The translations under genes were made by a program, and so were the position numbers. From Ignavibacteriota bacterium (GTDB lineage Bacteria; Bacteroidota; Ignavibacteria; UBA10030): 64,000 bases of DNA. Under the pieces are notes generated by a model. It had not been told where the DNA came from. It ran no database searches and saw only the letters and a list, made by a program, of their open reading frames with translations. The stretch lies in the NCBI GenBank assembly GCA_963701295.1, contig OY969585.1, forward strand, positions 2,976,001-3,040,000. Reading direction: 5' to 3'. This document shows positions 1 through 11,859 of this stretch, piece after piece (the first letter of the stretch is position 1; each line of letters begins with the position of its first letter).

Positions 1-133
1 CTTTACATTGACTTCCCCATGGTGTGTATGTTTTTCGTACGGCAACCACCAGAAGTCTGTGCGCACGGGTACCAGAATAATTTTTCGCTTTCTCATCTCA
101 CATTACTTGAAAAAGATTAAAGGATACCGAATT

Positions 134-1348
134 TTGAAGTCAACCCGTTTTTTTCTCCTCTTCTGCACAGGAGCCATGGTGTGTTTATCCTCAGGATGTA
201 ATGATGCCCCAGATCCAGTTGGAGTATCAACACAGCCGAAATGGGACTATGGTGTTATCCGTGATACTACATTTTATGCCACAGGTCACTCCTCTCTTTC
301 AAATCGTTTATACACATCAACGATTAACAGATTCATGCTCGGCAAATATCAAACATATCAAGCTTGGGCATGCTTGAAATTTAGTTCTTGGCCCGACTCT
401 ATGATAGGTGCAACGATTACCAGCGGAACAATTCGATTAAAATCAGTTTATCATTTTGGCAAGTCCATGTCTGTTTTGCCCTTTGTTATGTATCGTGCAC
501 GAGCAAGTTGGGCAGGCGACTCACTTACCTATGATTCGCTTAGTCTCAACACTATTGCTCAGTCTCCCTATAATTACTATTACGATATCAATACTAAATA
601 CTCCTCCACGATTCAAGCGGGCGACACCGATTGGGTGACGATTGACATTCCAGATACCACTATGCTACGCGAATGGTTCTCCACAAATTCAGACACTGTG
701 CATTTGAATGATGGGATTATCCTCAGTCCGGATCCGTCGTCCTCAAATGTTATCAGAGGATATTATTCGTATTATGCAACTGATACATCCTATCAACCTA
801 CACTTTATGTTAATTATACTGGAGCCTCTGGTCCCAATACGTATGTTCATAAAGTGAGCAGTTCTAAATACGTTTCTACAGTTGATCGTGCAAGTCTCAT
901 AACTGATAACAATTTGATTTATGTCCAAAACGGTATTTCCTATCGAGGACTTATCTCGTTTGACAACTTCTTAACGACTCCAGTTTTAATTCATCGGGCG
1001 GTTCTTCAAGTAACATTAGACGCAAGCAAATCCTCTCCTCAATTTAAAATTTTCCCTACTCCATTTTTGTATGATTCACTTTATGCACTCTCCGTTGGAA
1101 CAGACAGTATATCTGATGGATCGTTTTCTGCGTTAAGTCCGAGTTCGATAGACAGTGGCCGTGTCATTTATTCATTTGAATCAGCAGGTCTCGCCAATCG
1201 CTGGTTGAACAATTCTTCAGCACGAAAGGTCATGTTGAGCGGCTATATTGAGAAATATTGTTTCGATTTATTTACGATTTATAGCGAAGCGTCCGATTCT
1301 ATAAAATTTAGGCCACGAATTACCATCACGTATTCTATCAAACGTTGA
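134..1348 (+). CDS. Predicted lipoprotein (DUF4270-like, beta-rich exported protein)
   Basis: Signal peptide and lipobox (VCLSSG-C) if started at TTG 134. S/T/Y-rich mature part. Adjoins the downstream barrel gene. Family assignment is tentative. Confidence 0.6.
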   Translation: MKSTRFFLLFCTGAMVCLSSGCNDAPDPVGVSTQPKWDYGVIRDTTFYATGHSSLSNRLYTSTINRFMLGKYQTYQAWACLKFSSWPDSMIGATITSGTIRLKSVYHFGKSMSVLPFVMYRARASWAGDSLTYDSLSLNTIAQSPYNYYYDINTKYSSTIQAGDTDWVTIDIPDTTMLREWFSTNSDTVHLNDGIILSPDPSSSNVIRGYYSYYATDTSYQPTLYVNYTGASGPNTYVHKVSSSKYVSTVDRASLITDNNLIYVQNGISYRGLISFDNFLTTPVLIHRAVLQVTLDASKSSPQFKIFPTPFLYDSLYALSVGTDSISDGSFSALSPSSIDSGRVIYSFESAGLANRWLNNSSARKVMLSGYIEKYCFDLFTIYSEASDSIKFRPRITITYSIKR

Positions 1349-1362
1349 CACACCCTTTGACT

Positions 1363-2601
1363 ATGAACTATTTCCGAATTAGAGTTACTCTGGCTGTCTT
1401 CACCGTTCTTTTCCCCCTCATCGCCTATGCAGGTGGATCATCTTACTCACGGTATGGATTTGGAGATATTCTCCGCTATGGCGACAGTCGAATCTATGCA
1501 ATGGGAGGAACAGGCATAGCCCTTGTGGATGATGGAAGCATAAACCTCTTGAATCCAGCCGGTATGGCTCGTATTGGTTTTACAAGATTTTCTACCGGAT
1601 TTGAATACACTTGTTTTTCCTCGAAAGATAGCAGCGGCTCTTCGCTTTATTCTACAGGCGAATTTCAAGGTCTTGCATTTGCGTTTCCCATATCTCGAGA
1701 GAATGGCATCGTTATGTCGATAGAAGCCACTCCGTATAGCAAAGTGAATTATGCAATCAGTTCTTCCAACTTTGACAGCCTATCGGGATCCATTCAACAT
1801 CAAAATTTCTACGGCAGCGGAGGTCTCTCCTATCTAGGACTAGGACTTTCTGGATCACCGCTGAACACATTACATATTGGCGGCCGTTTGAATTATATGT
1901 TTGGCAGCACACGTCAATATCAAATATCCAGTTTTGATAACGGCGATTACACCACTACTACTTTTGACCGTACTATTCATTATTCCGGTTTCACATTCAC
2001 GCTGGGAGCTATTTATGAAGGCATAGACCAACTTCTCGGTCTTCCATCGCTTCATAACTTATCTCTTGGGTTGACACTGAGGACTGCAAGCTCGTTTGAT
2101 GCGAATGCTGAGAGGATTTATTCAACCAGCGACACAACTAATCAAAATGGAACGGCCGACATTCCCCTTTCCGCAGGGTTTGGACTCTCTTATTTACATC
2201 AAGGCAGGTACAGATTTCTCGGCGACTTTGTATTTGAAAATTGGGGAAACCTCAAGCCCTTTGCTTTGGATCCAGTTACACTTCGGAATTCCTACCGAAC
2301 GAGTATCGGTTTCGAGGCAATACCTGAAAAAGGAACAGACACATTTTGGAAACGCATATTTTACCGTGCTGGATTTGCCTATAACTCCACCTATTACCAA
2401 GTCAACGGTGTGGGAATCAACGAGCTCTTAATGAGCGGCGGCGTCGGACTTCCTATAGGACCTGAGTCTTGGCTCAATATCGGTTTGCAGGTTGGGTTTC
2501 GCGGTACGACCGATAATAATTTACAGAAAGACATCATCGTTCGCCTTTCTGTTGCCGTATCCGCAAGTGAACTTTGGTTTCTCAAATTTGAAGAAGAGTA
2601 A
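1363..2601 (+). CDS. Outer-membrane beta-barrel protein (FadL/TodX/PorV-like)
   Basis: Signal peptide, GSSYSRYGFG N-terminus, AMGG..A and NPA motifs, amphipathic strands, C-terminal ELWF. Confidence 0.75.
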   Translation: MNYFRIRVTLAVFTVLFPLIAYAGGSSYSRYGFGDILRYGDSRIYAMGGTGIALVDDGSINLLNPAGMARIGFTRFSTGFEYTCFSSKDSSGSSLYSTGEFQGLAFAFPISRENGIVMSIEATPYSKVNYAISSSNFDSLSGSIQHQNFYGSGGLSYLGLGLSGSPLNTLHIGGRLNYMFGSTRQYQISSFDNGDYTTTTFDRTIHYSGFTFTLGAIYEGIDQLLGLPSLHNLSLGLTLRTASSFDANAERIYSTSDTTNQNGTADIPLSAGFGLSYLHQGRYRFLGDFVFENWGNLKPFALDPVTLRNSYRTSIGFEAIPEKGTDTFWKRIFYRAGFAYNSTYYQVNGVGINELLMSGGVGLPIGPESWLNIGLQVGFRGTTDNNLQKDIIVRLSVAVSASELWFLKFEEE

Positions 2602-2606
2602 ATTCT

Positions 2607-3047
2607 ATGATAGCTATCGGCAGTGATCATGCAGGGTTTGAATATAAAGAACAATTGAAAAAGCTCCTTGATGAAATCGGAAAGCCTTATCAGGATTTCG
2701 GTACTACTTCTCCAGACCCAGTCGATTATCCGGATTTTGCACATCTTGTTTCGAAGGCGGTCGCATCCGGCAAATGCCTGCGTGGTATTTTAATCTGTGG
2801 AACAGGAATTGGTATGTCGATCGTCGCCAACAAACATAAAGGAATCCGGGCTGCTGCCTGTGAATCTCCTGCCTCTGCAAAACTTTCACGCGAACATAAT
2901 GATGCCAATATCCTCTGTTTTGGCGCACGCATCATCAGCTGGGAAACAGCAACTGAAATTGTGAAGACGTTTCTCTCAACTCCTTTTAGCGGCGGCGAGC
3001 GACATATGGGTCGCATCGAAAAGATTCACTTGTTAACAAATCTCTAG
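2607..3047 (+). CDS. rpiB: Ribose-5-phosphate isomerase B
   Basis: IGSDHAG, DYPD, CGTGIGMSIVANK, HNDAN motifs. Confidence 0.97.
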   Translation: MIAIGSDHAGFEYKEQLKKLLDEIGKPYQDFGTTSPDPVDYPDFAHLVSKAVASGKCLRGILICGTGIGMSIVANKHKGIRAAACESPASAKLSREHNDANILCFGARIISWETATEIVKTFLSTPFSGGERHMGRIEKIHLLTNL

Positions 3048-3101
3048 AATCCATTAAAATGTTTATCACTCAATTAAACAATTTTCTTAAAGAACTTACT
3101 C

Positions 3102-4397
3102 ATGAAAAATCTTAAAACCGCCGATTCAGAAGTCTATGCCGCCATTCAAAGCGAAGTTCATAGACAAAACTCCAAGCTGGAACTTATCGCTTCGGAGAAC
3201 TTCGTGAGCCTTGCAGTACTGGAAGCAATGGGCAGCGCTCTGACGAACAAATATGCAGAAGGATATCCTGCGAAACGATACTATGGGGGCTGCGAGTTTG
3301 TCGACATTGCCGAAAATCTTGCACGTGATCGTGCCAAAAAATTATTCGGCGCTGAATATGTCAACGTGCAGCCGCATTCCGGTTCGCAAGCGAACATGGC
3401 AGTTTATTTCTCTTTCATCAAACCTGGCGATACTGTCATGGGCATGAATCTTTCTCATGGCGGCCACCTGACGCATGGGTCTCCAGTGAACTTTTCAGGA
3501 CAATTGTATCGTTTTACAGCCTATGGCATATCGAAGGACACCGGACGCATCGATTACAACAATGTAGAAGAAACGGCAAAACGCGAGAAGCCTAAGATGA
3601 TTACTGTTGGAGCTAGTGCCTATTCGCGCAACATTGATTATAAGGCATTTCGAGAAATTGCAGACAAGGTTGGCGCATTCCTCTTTGCCGATATTGCTCA
3701 TCCGGCAGGATTGATCGCGGCAAAGCTGCACAACGATCCGCTTCCTTATTGTCATGTCGTTTCATCGACAACTCATAAAACGCTCCGAGGCCCTCGCGGC
3801 GGACTCATTCTTATCGGCAAAGATTACGAGAATCCATTTGGGCATGTGGCGCCAAAATCCGGCCGCAAGAAGATGATGTCGGAATTAATTGATTCGATGG
3901 TTATTCCCGGTGTTCAAGGCGGAGCACTTATGCACGTGGTTGCTGCAAAAGCAGTTGCCTTCGGCGAAAATCTTCGGCCGGAATACCGCACCTATGGAGA
4001 ACAAATCATCAAGAACGCTCATGCTCTCGCAGCAGCATTAGTAAAACGCGGCTACAATATTATTTCCGGCGGCACAGACAATCATCTCATGTTACTTGAT
4101 TTACGTAATAAAAATCTCACCGGCAAAGATTCTCAGGAAGCGCTGGATCTCGCAGGGATTACGGTGAATAAAAATGCTGTGCCATTCGACGACAAATCGC
4201 CGCTCATCACTAGCGGCATTCGCGTTGGCACGCCTGCTGTTACAACACGCGGACTGAAAGAACCGGAAATGGAAATTATTGCTGGCTTCATCGATCGTGC
4301 GCTGACCAACCGAACGGATGAAAAAGTACTGAAGCAAGTAAGCGAAGATGTTAAAACACTCTGTGCAAAATTCCCGCTGTATCCAGAACTGATATAG
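3102..4397 (+). CDS. glyA: Serine hydroxymethyltransferase
   Basis: [33 protein letters not shown] (PLP lysine). Confidence 0.99.
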   Translation: MKNLKTADSEVYAAIQSEVHRQNSKLELIASENFVSLAVLEAMGSALTNKYAEGYPAKRYYGGCEFVDIAENLARDRAKKLFGAEYVNVQPHSGSQANMAVYFSFIKPGDTVMGMNLSHGGHLTHGSPVNFSGQLYRFTAYGISKDTGRIDYNNVEETAKREKPKMITVGASAYSRNIDYKAFREIADKVGAFLFADIAHPAGLIAAKLHNDPLPYCHVVSSTTHKTLRGPRGGLILIGKDYENPFGHVAPKSGRKKMMSELIDSMVIPGVQGGALMHVVAAKAVAFGENLRPEYRTYGEQIIKNAHALAAALVKRGYNIISGGTDNHLMLLDLRNKNLTGKDSQEALDLAGITVNKNAVPFDDKSPLITSGIRVGTPAVTTRGLKEPEMEIIAGFIDRALTNRTDEKVLKQVSEDVKTLCAKFPLYPELI

Positions 4398-4406
4398 AGT
4401 TGCTTG

Positions 4407-5201
4407 ATGGGCATAACCCAAGCCATTCTTAGTAAAATATTCCAATCGGCTGGAAAATCTCCAAGCCAAAAGGAAATGTCTTTTCTGGAGCACCTCGACG
4501 AGCTTCGTTCAAAAATCATTAAAGCGCTGATAGGAATTTTTGTCGGCACAATACTTTGTGTCTTCTTCGCTGACTTCATTGTTCAAAATGTACTATTGCA
4601 CCCGCTTCGGTCAGCGAGCTTAAAGGTACAAGTGCTTTCGCCTTACGGTATTGTGATGCTGTATATGGAGGCTGTACTGATATGCGGAATCATTCTCAGC
4701 ATGCCGTATACCATTTATTGTCTCTGGACGTTTGTCGCTCCTGGATTGCTCCCCAAAGAACGCCGCTACATCTCGCGTATTGTCTTCTTCACATCGTTTT
4801 GTTTTTTTGCTGGCGTAATATTCGGATATTATATTTTATTACCTGGGGCACTTGCTTTCTTTGCTTCTTTTGGTACGCAGAATATCGACATGAATATTGC
4901 TCTCGATCAATACGTAAGCTTTATGCTTACATTACTGCTTGGTGCGGGACTCGTGTTTGAACTTCCCATGATCTCTTATTTTTTATCCAAGATGGGAATA
5001 CTGGCTCCCAGCTTTATGCGCAAGTACCGCCGTCATGCCATAGTCATCATCTTTATTATTTCTGCAGTTGTTACGCCGACCCCTGATATGGTAACACAGA
5101 CTCTTCTCGCTCTGCCAATGATCTTTTTATATGAGGTCAGCATTTTCATCTCTAAGTATTCACAAAAAAAGGCAGAGTCTTCTCCTGAAGATGCCGCATG
5201 A
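4407..5201 (+). CDS. tatC: Twin-arginine translocase subunit TatC
   Basis: EMSFLEHLDELR, APGL...ERR, FELP, TPTPD motifs; multiple TM helices. Confidence 0.96.
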   Translation: MGITQAILSKIFQSAGKSPSQKEMSFLEHLDELRSKIIKALIGIFVGTILCVFFADFIVQNVLLHPLRSASLKVQVLSPYGIVMLYMEAVLICGIILSMPYTIYCLWTFVAPGLLPKERRYISRIVFFTSFCFFAGVIFGYYILLPGALAFFASFGTQNIDMNIALDQYVSFMLTLLLGAGLVFELPMISYFLSKMGILAPSFMRKYRRHAIVIIFIISAVVTPTPDMVTQTLLALPMIFLYEVSIFISKYSQKKAESSPEDAA

Positions 5202-6193
5202 GTATATTTCATCCATCAGAGAGTTCACTCGATAACATTCGCGAGCCGGTCACACAAGAACTCAAGAAGTTCGATAGCGTTTTTCGGGAGGCTATGCGGT
5301 CTCAGGTTGCTCTGGTGTATCTCATCACCCGCTACATCCTGCGCCAAAAGGGAAAACGCGTTCGCCCATTGTTGGTGATGCTCAGCGCAAAGTTATGCGG
5401 CGAGATTAATGATAGCACCTACCGCGCTGCTACACTCATCGAGCTTCTGCATTCTGCTACACTCGTTCACGATGATGTCGTCGACGATGCTGACACACGC
5501 CGCGGTTTTGCTTCCATCAATGCTGTCTGGAAAAATAAAGTAGCTGTGCTAATGGGTGATTATCTCCTTTCACGCGGTTTGCTGCTATCGCTGCAGTACC
5601 ATGATTATTACTTTTTAAATTCAACAGCCTTTGCGGTGAAGCGAATGAGCGAAGGAGAATTGCTGCAGATTCAAAAAAGCCGACAGCTGAACATTGACGA
5701 AGAAACCTATATTAAGATCATAGGCGATAAGACAGCATCGCTCTTTTCAGCGTGCACGGATATCGGGGCAGCAAGTACAACGGAAGATCCGGAGAAAAGA
5801 AATTTACTGAAAGCGTACGGCGAGAATGTCGGATTGGCATTTCAGATACGGGACGATCTGCTCGATTATCTCGGGCGAAAGAGTATTCTTGGCAAGCCAA
5901 CCGGCGGCGATATTAAGGAAAAGAAACTTACACTGCCCCTGATTCACGCGCTTCATCAGAGCGATCGACATGAAGCACAGCAGGCATTACGATTTGTAAA
6001 AAAAGACGCGAAGAAAAAAGATATTGCATGGATCGTCGACTTTGTCCGTACTAACGGCGGCATCGAGTATTCACTTCAAAAAGCGGAAGAGTTTGCAGCA
6101 CATGCTCGCGATTGTCTCTCCTCTTTCCCTGATTCACCGGAGAAACAATCTCTTCTGCAATTTGTTCGTTTTGTTATTGAGCGAAATCGTTAG
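5198..6193 (+). CDS. Polyprenyl (octaprenyl-type) diphosphate synthase
   Basis: GKRVRP, HDDVVD...RRG (FARM), FQIRDDLLD (SARM). Confidence 0.95.
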   Translation: MSIFHPSESSLDNIREPVTQELKKFDSVFREAMRSQVALVYLITRYILRQKGKRVRPLLVMLSAKLCGEINDSTYRAATLIELLHSATLVHDDVVDDADTRRGFASINAVWKNKVAVLMGDYLLSRGLLLSLQYHDYYFLNSTAFAVKRMSEGELLQIQKSRQLNIDEETYIKIIGDKTASLFSACTDIGAASTTEDPEKRNLLKAYGENVGLAFQIRDDLLDYLGRKSILGKPTGGDIKEKKLTLPLIHALHQSDRHEAQQALRFVKKDAKKKDIAWIVDFVRTNGGIEYSLQKAEEFAAHARDCLSSFPDSPEKQSLLQFVRFVIERNR

Positions 6194-6294
6194 AACAAAA
6201 ATTGCGAATAGGCGCTTCCTGAGTCTTACAATTCTTTGTTGTGTCTTTAAACAATTTTGATGGCACGCGCAAAGCACGCATTGTCATTGTTCCA

Positions 6295-6311
6295 GTCCCG
6301 CTTTGCGGGAC
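6295..6311. repeat. REP-like palindrome GTCCCGC-TTT-GCGGGAC
   Basis: Perfect 7-bp stem with a near-identical copy at 25728-25744. Confidence 0.55.
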
Positions 6312-6439
6312 ACACAATTCGCGGAGCAGCTGGAAGCCTGAGAATATCATATCGTTCTGCGTCGTTTTAAATTCTTTTATAGAGAGTTTACACAACAAGA
6401 GTGAAGCCCGCTCCCTTTTGTGCTTAGTTTCATTTTCAC

Positions 6440-7069
6440 TTAATTATTTTTTATTAGTGCAAGACGAATCCCTAATATTACTAAAATAAATCCCGAAATA
6501 TTTTGAAGTCTTTTTGCTATGACATTGCTTTTCATGAGACGTTGTCCAATCCAACCGGAAAAATATCCAAGTGCAGCAAGAAATAGTATAGTGAATAAAG
6601 CGAATACTAATCCAAGAATTATAAATTGCGTTGCAGCACTTTCTTGTTCTTTGACACTTACAAATTGTGGAAGAAAAGAAATAAAGAATAAAGCTACTTT
6701 AGGATTAAATACATTTGAAATCAAACCTTGTGTAAATATCTTATTGCTTTTTGTTTTTCCAGATCTTTCTACATTAAATTCTCTTTTATCTAAAATCGTT
6801 TTAATTCCTATATAAATTAAATAACCAGCTCCAATACACTTAACAATCATAAAAGCAAGAGCTGATGTTTTCAAGATAATTGACAATCCTAATGCGGCGA
6901 ATATTGTGTGAACAAATATGCCTAAAGTTACACCCGCCGCAGAAATCAATCCGGCTTTTCTACCATCCGATATTCCCCTGGTCAGAACATATATGACATC
7001 TGGTCCAGGAGTTATTATTAATATCCAGGATAATACAATAAATAATCCAAAATCTTTAATTCCTATCAT
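6440..7069 (-). CDS. LysE/RhtB family amino-acid exporter
   Basis: TPGPD, GAGYLIYIG, NVFNPKVALFF motifs; visibly more AT-rich than its neighbours. Confidence 0.93.
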   Translation of the reverse strand: MIGIKDFGLFIVLSWILIITPGPDVIYVLTRGISDGRKAGLISAAGVTLGIFVHTIFAALGLSIILKTSALAFMIVKCIGAGYLIYIGIKTILDKREFNVERSGKTKSNKIFTQGLISNVFNPKVALFFISFLPQFVSVKEQESAATQFIILGLVFALFTILFLAALGYFSGWIGQRLMKSNVIAKRLQNISGFILVILGIRLALIKNN

Positions 7070-7218
7070 ATTCAGTTCTATTTTGTGTTACCTAAAATTA
7101 AGCGCAACTATTTATCGCGCTTATTGTTGATTTATTATTCTTGTAATTTCTTTACAGGGTGTTCCCCAATACAACGAATGAGCTTCGTTTATCTGCCTTT
7201 TTTGTTTTTAGCCAACCC

Positions 7219-7752
7219 TTATTCTTTCACAAACTCATGTTCACCGGTTCGCACAACCAGGACAGGACAGGGAGCTTTCCGGACAACTTTTTCCGCTGTA
7301 CTGCCAAAGAGGATATGCTCCATTCCTGAATGTCCATGAGTAGCTATTATTATGAGATCGATGTCTCTTTCTTGGGCGTACTGGTTAATCTCGTAGAACG
7401 GCTTTCCTGTGCGGACAACCTTGCGCGATACTACTTTGCCGCCGATTTCCTTCTTAATGAGATTTTCCAATTCTTCATTGCCATATACCTGTAGCTCTTC
7501 TTCGACATTGGGGAATCCGATTTGACCGAAACTAAAATCCGCCGGATAAACAGTCGGTTCGACAACGTAAATAAGATCAATGGAAGTTTTGAATTGCTGT
7601 GCGAAGGATAATGCATATTTGAGCGCGTTCTTCGAATGATCGGAGAAATCAATGGGTACAAGAATGCGCTGAAGCTTGATGTGCGTTCGACTTGACGGTC
7701 TATTCTTTTTTGCCGGTACCTTCTTGATTGGATGGACCTTTTTCGCTGTCAT
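7219..7752 (-). CDS. Universal stress protein (UspA family)
   Basis: RILVPIDFS, ATHG...FGSTAEKVVRKAPCPVLVV. Confidence 0.95.
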   Translation of the reverse strand: MTAKKVHPIKKVPAKKNRPSSRTHIKLQRILVPIDFSDHSKNALKYALSFAQQFKTSIDLIYVVEPTVYPADFSFGQIGFPNVEEELQVYGNEELENLIKKEIGGKVVSRKVVRTGKPFYEINQYAQERDIDLIIIATHGHSGMEHILFGSTAEKVVRKAPCPVLVVRTGEHEFVKE

Positions 7753-8326
7753 GGGAATCCCTTTCGCCTTGTGCTTGAAGTCGTTCGAGTTGACTCTTCA
7801 CCTTGGAAAGTTCTTTATCTGTATGTCGCAACCGCTGTGCAACTATTTCTGCAAGTTTGAGTACGATTTTAATGCCTAAGGTTGTATTCTTTTCAATTAA
7901 TTCAAAAAGGTCCGGACGAAAAAAACCAATGAGCGTACATTCTGTTTTGCAGACAGCATTGGCAGAACGCGGTGATTCATCTAAAAGTGCAAGTTCACCA
8001 AAAAAATCGCCGTCTCCGAAGAGTGCAAGCTCTTCCTCATTCCCATCTTTACCCTGGATGACGATGGAAACTTCTCCGTCTTTGACAATATACATTCCTA
8101 ATCCTGGATCTCCTTGATAGAATACAGGTTCACCGATGCGGTATTCGCGTTTATGGACAATTGCGGCAACTTCTTTCAATTCCCTCGGTGCAAGGTTGGC
8201 AAATGCCGGCACTTTGCTCAACACTTCTTCTATCGTACCTTCGCGGATAACACGTTGGGAGAATAAATTTCGCCAGAGTGCATTATCCGTCGAAGATTGT
8301 GAAGTTGCCATTGTCTTTACTCCCAT
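7700..8326 (-). CDS. Cyclic-nucleotide-binding domain protein without an HTH
   Basis: QGDPG..MYIV..G.V, FFGELALL...PRSA cNMP motifs; coiled-coil tail. Confidence 0.9.
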   Translation of the reverse strand: MGVKTMATSQSSTDNALWRNLFSQRVIREGTIEEVLSKVPAFANLAPRELKEVAAIVHKREYRIGEPVFYQGDPGLGMYIVKDGEVSIVIQGKDGNEEELALFGDGDFFGELALLDESPRSANAVCKTECTLIGFFRPDLFELIEKNTTLGIKIVLKLAEIVAQRLRHTDKELSKVKSQLERLQAQGERDSHDSEKGPSNQEGTGKKE

Positions 8327-8331
8327 ATGGT

Positions 8332-9252
8332 TTATCGTACAAACGTCAACCAGCTGTGCTTATCTTGCCCGCTTTGGATGATGTCAAAAAAAGCCCTTTG
8401 AAGTTTCTTTGTCACAGATCCGGCTTGCCCACCGCCAATAACGATTTTGTCGACCGACCGTATCGGAGTGATTTCTGCCGCCGTTCCTGTAAAAAATATT
8501 TCATCTGCAATGTACAACATCTCTCGCGGAATTGCCATTTCGACAATCGAATACCCAAGTTCTTTTGCCAGTGTCACCACAGCCGAACGCGTCACACCCG
8601 ATAATATGGCTGAACTCAAGGGAGTCGTATATATAACATTCTCCCTGACAACAAAGATATTTTCTCCGCTTCCTTCGCTCACTGTACCATCTACTCCTAA
8701 GGCAATACCTTCTGTATATCCGTTGGCGATGGCTTCCAATTTAATGAGTTGAGAATTTAGATAATTTCCGCCTGCTTTTGCTAACGTGGGAAATGTATCC
8801 GGAGCCGCACGACGCCACGACGAAACGCAGACATCTATTCCCTGTTCCAATGCACCTGCGCCAAGATATGCACCCCATTCCCACACAGCGATGGACACAT
8901 CCACAGGACAAGCTGTTGGATTCACGCCCACATCACCATACCCTCGATAGACGATAGGCCGAATATAACATGCCTTCAAATTGTTCGCTATAATTGTTTG
9001 TTTGATCGCTTCGGATATTTGTGATTCCGTATAAGGAACTTGTGTCCTATAAATTTTTGCTGAATCAAAGAGACGGCGAACATGTTCTTGAAGCCGGAAG
9101 ACTGCCGGCCCTTTCTTGGTATCGTAGCAGCGGATTCCTTCAAACCAGCTTGAACCGTAATGCACCACATGAGAGAGAATATGAATCTTTGCATCGTCCC
9201 AATTGACAAGTGTTCCATTCATCCATATTTTTTCAACTTTCTTCACCGGCAT
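8332..9252 (-). CDS. ilvE: Branched-chain amino acid aminotransferase
   Basis: [36 protein letters not shown]. Confidence 0.97.
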   Translation of the reverse strand: MPVKKVEKIWMNGTLVNWDDAKIHILSHVVHYGSSWFEGIRCYDTKKGPAVFRLQEHVRRLFDSAKIYRTQVPYTESQISEAIKQTIIANNLKACYIRPIVYRGYGDVGVNPTACPVDVSIAVWEWGAYLGAGALEQGIDVCVSSWRRAAPDTFPTLAKAGGNYLNSQLIKLEAIANGYTEGIALGVDGTVSEGSGENIFVVRENVIYTTPLSSAILSGVTRSAVVTLAKELGYSIVEMAIPREMLYIADEIFFTGTAAEITPIRSVDKIVIGGGQAGSVTKKLQRAFFDIIQSGQDKHSWLTFVR

Positions 9253-9303
9253 AGTTGACCTTGCTCTTTCATAAATGATATTGAACTTGTAGTGTTTTCT
9301 TAT

Positions 9304-10423
9304 CTATAAACTCATTTCATAAATTCTATACCGTTTAGTAATTTTCCCCTGCATTGCTTCTGCGGATTTCACCATCCGGTCGTTGTCTTCAAGAATCCAA
9401 CTCGCTTCTCCATATTTGTATCCCAATTTTCTTGCATTTACAGCAGTCTCATAAAAAAGTGCCGCTCCTGCTCCTGTATTTAAGATACTCAGGAATAACA
9501 CCTAAGACAATGATGCGCACCAAATCAATTTTCTTCTTTTTTGTAAAAAGATGATACAAACCCGGCAAGATATAGCCATTCTTGTTATACTTCAACGCAA
9601 CATTGATATCCGGAAGCGAAAGAGCAAACCCAATGGTCTTTCCTTCTTTTTCTGCAAAGATGACAAGCTCCGGCACAATGACGGGTTTGAGATCCGCAGC
9701 CAACGCATCAAATTCTTCGTCTGTCATGGGAACTGCGCCCCAATTTTTTGCCCATGCTTTATTATAAACGTCCTTTACTTTATCAACTTCATCTTGAAAA
9801 TGCTTCATATCAAATGTTCGAAATGTGAGCTTCTGGCGCTGCTTGACAAGTTCATGCGCCCGATCAAACCGTTCGGTATATACTGTTTTTTGATCAAGGA
9901 GATATGCGTAAAGGTCTTTTGCTTTCTTAAATCCATATCTCTCAATCAAGTCAATATAATACGGCGGGTTATACGTCATCATGACTGTTGGGCTTAAATC
10001 GAATCCATCAATGAGCAAACCAATTTCATCATTGACCGATGGGTTTACAGGACCTCGCATTGCCGTCACACCCCCTGCTATCAAGTATTTTCTTGCAGCA
10101 TCAAATAATGCATTCGCAACCGTTTGATCGTTGATACATTCGAAGAATCCAAAAAATCCAATATTCTCGCTGTGCTCTTTGTTGTGGTTATGATTAACGA
10201 TTGCAGCTATTCTGCCAACTACTTCTCCTTCATGTTCGGCAAGAAAGAATTCCGCATCAGTATGTTTATAAAATGGATTTTTCGCCTTATTCATTAATTT
10301 CTTACGATCCATCATCAATGGCGGAACCCATGCCGGATAATTTCGATAAATCTTCCAGAGAAACCGAATAAACGCAATTGTATCCTGCTTCGAAGAAATC
10401 GGCTTAATAATTAATTCATCCAT
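9304..10423 (-). CDS. GNAT-fold N-acyltransferase, bacterial ceramide synthase (bCerS)-like; +1 frameshift near 9480
   Basis: WVPPL, NPFY, VGRIAA, FGFFEC, MRGP.NPS.N, YNPPYY, NWGAVP. The C-terminus (GAGAALFY...EASWILEDN) continues in another frame because of one extra A in CTTAAATACA. Lies directly downstream of spt. Confidence 0.75.
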
Positions 10424-10453
10424 TATCACTCCAAAATAATATTCTTATAATAT

Positions 10454-10486
10454 AAAAAAGCCGCAGCGTGTTTACAACTACGGCTT
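10454..10486 (-). terminator. Intrinsic terminator after spt
   Basis: AAGCCGTAG...CTGCGGCTT hairpin plus T-run on the minus strand. Confidence 0.6.
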
Positions 10487-10521
10487 ACAATTCAAAGACT
10501 GGGAATCTTAATTGTGCAAGC

Positions 10522-11736
10522 TTAGTTGATCACACCAAATTTCTTACCTACTTTGCTGAAGACTTCAAGAATTTTATTCAGATGATGTTCTTCATGCGTT
10601 GCCATATAACTTGTGCGAAGCATTTCCATACCAGGAGGTACACCCGGCCGAATGAATGCATTCACAAACACACCTTCATCGAAAATTGCTCTCCACATCA
10701 TCAGCACCTTTTCTGTATCTCCAATAACAACAGAAACGACTGCCGAATCGTGTTCGCTCACTCGAAAACCCAGCGCATGCAATCCTGAGCGCATCTTCCG
10801 AGCATTGCCCATCAACTTACCAACACGCTCCGGCTCAGTCTCGAGAATATCAAGCGCTGCCAATGCCGCAGCAACAGATGCTGGCGTTGGACTTGCGCTA
10901 AAGATAAGAGCCGGTGCACTATGTTTGAGATAATCAATGACTTTCGCTTCACCTACGACAAATCCGCCTAACGAAGCAAAAGTTTTACTGAATGTTCCCA
11001 TCGTGAGATCGGTTTCTTTTTCAAGGCCGTAATGGCTTGCTGTTCCCCGGCCGCCTTTTCCGATTACACCGATTGCGTGCGCATCATCGACCATTATGCG
11101 TGCGTTGTGCTTTCGTGCAACTTTTACCATGTCTGGCAAGTTCACAATTTCGCCTGATGTGCTAAATACACCGTCGCTCACGATGAATTTGGCTGCTTCC
11201 GCGGGTAGCTGTGAAATGACATGTTCTAAATGTGCCATATCGTTATGCTTGTACCGAACAACAGAGTTTTCACCCTCATTGGTATAGGACGCCATTCCGG
11301 CGGCAACAAGAGTACCTGCAACAATACTTGCGTGATTGTCCTTATCAGAAACGACATAATCACCGCGTTGAACGAGCACGGGAACAATTCCCTGCCCCGT
11401 TTGATATCCTGTGCTGTAAAGTAAACAAGCTTCTTTCCCCATAAATTTTGCAAGGCGACGTTCCAATTCGATATGCAGATCAAGCGTGCCTGTGAGATAT
11501 CTCGAGCCTGAACAGCCCGTGCCGTATTTTTTTATCGCTGCGATTGCGGCTTCTTTTACTTTGGGATGCGCTGTCAATCCAAGATAGTTATTTGACCCGG
11601 CCATAATAACTTTGCGGCCGTCAATCTTCACAACCGGACCTTCACTCTCCTCAATAGCGTGAAAATATGGATAACAACCTGTTGCTTTCACTTCATCTGC
11701 ACGCGTAAAATTCCAACACTTTTCAAAAAGATCCAA
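10522..11736 (-). CDS. spt: Serine palmitoyltransferase (alpha-oxoamine synthase family)
   Basis: [32 protein letters not shown]. Likely TTG start at 11736 (MDLFEKC) after a GAGGAG RBS. Context with the GNAT and reductase genes supports Spt. Confidence 0.75.
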   Translation of the reverse strand: MDLFEKCWNFTRADEVKATGCYPYFHAIEESEGPVVKIDGRKVIMAGSNNYLGLTAHPKVKEAAIAAIKKYGTGCSGSRYLTGTLDLHIELERRLAKFMGKEACLLYSTGYQTGQGIVPVLVQRGDYVVSDKDNHASIVAGTLVAAGMASYTNEGENSVVRYKHNDMAHLEHVISQLPAEAAKFIVSDGVFSTSGEIVNLPDMVKVARKHNARIMVDDAHAIGVIGKGGRGTASHYGLEKETDLTMGTFSKTFASLGGFVVGEAKVIDYLKHSAPALIFSASPTPASVAAALAALDILETEPERVGKLMGNARKMRSGLHALGFRVSEHDSAVVSVVIGDTEKVLMMWRAIFDEGVFVNAFIRPGVPPGMEMLRTSYMATHEEHHLNKILEVFSKVGKKFGVIN

Positions 11737-11859
11737 TGAATTCTCCTCAGGACATGGGCAAGAATGATCACGAAATGAATCAGCTTTTTGCTTCTCGTGC
11801 TTTTTTTTAATATAGTTGAATAAGAAAAGAAAGTCAATGAACGCGAGAGTGAGGAGGGC

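Noticed and set aside
9475-9490. Programmed +1 frameshift at CTT-A in the GNAT gene
   Set aside because: No adjacent stop codon or internal SD, and three other unrelated indels in the window favour assembly error
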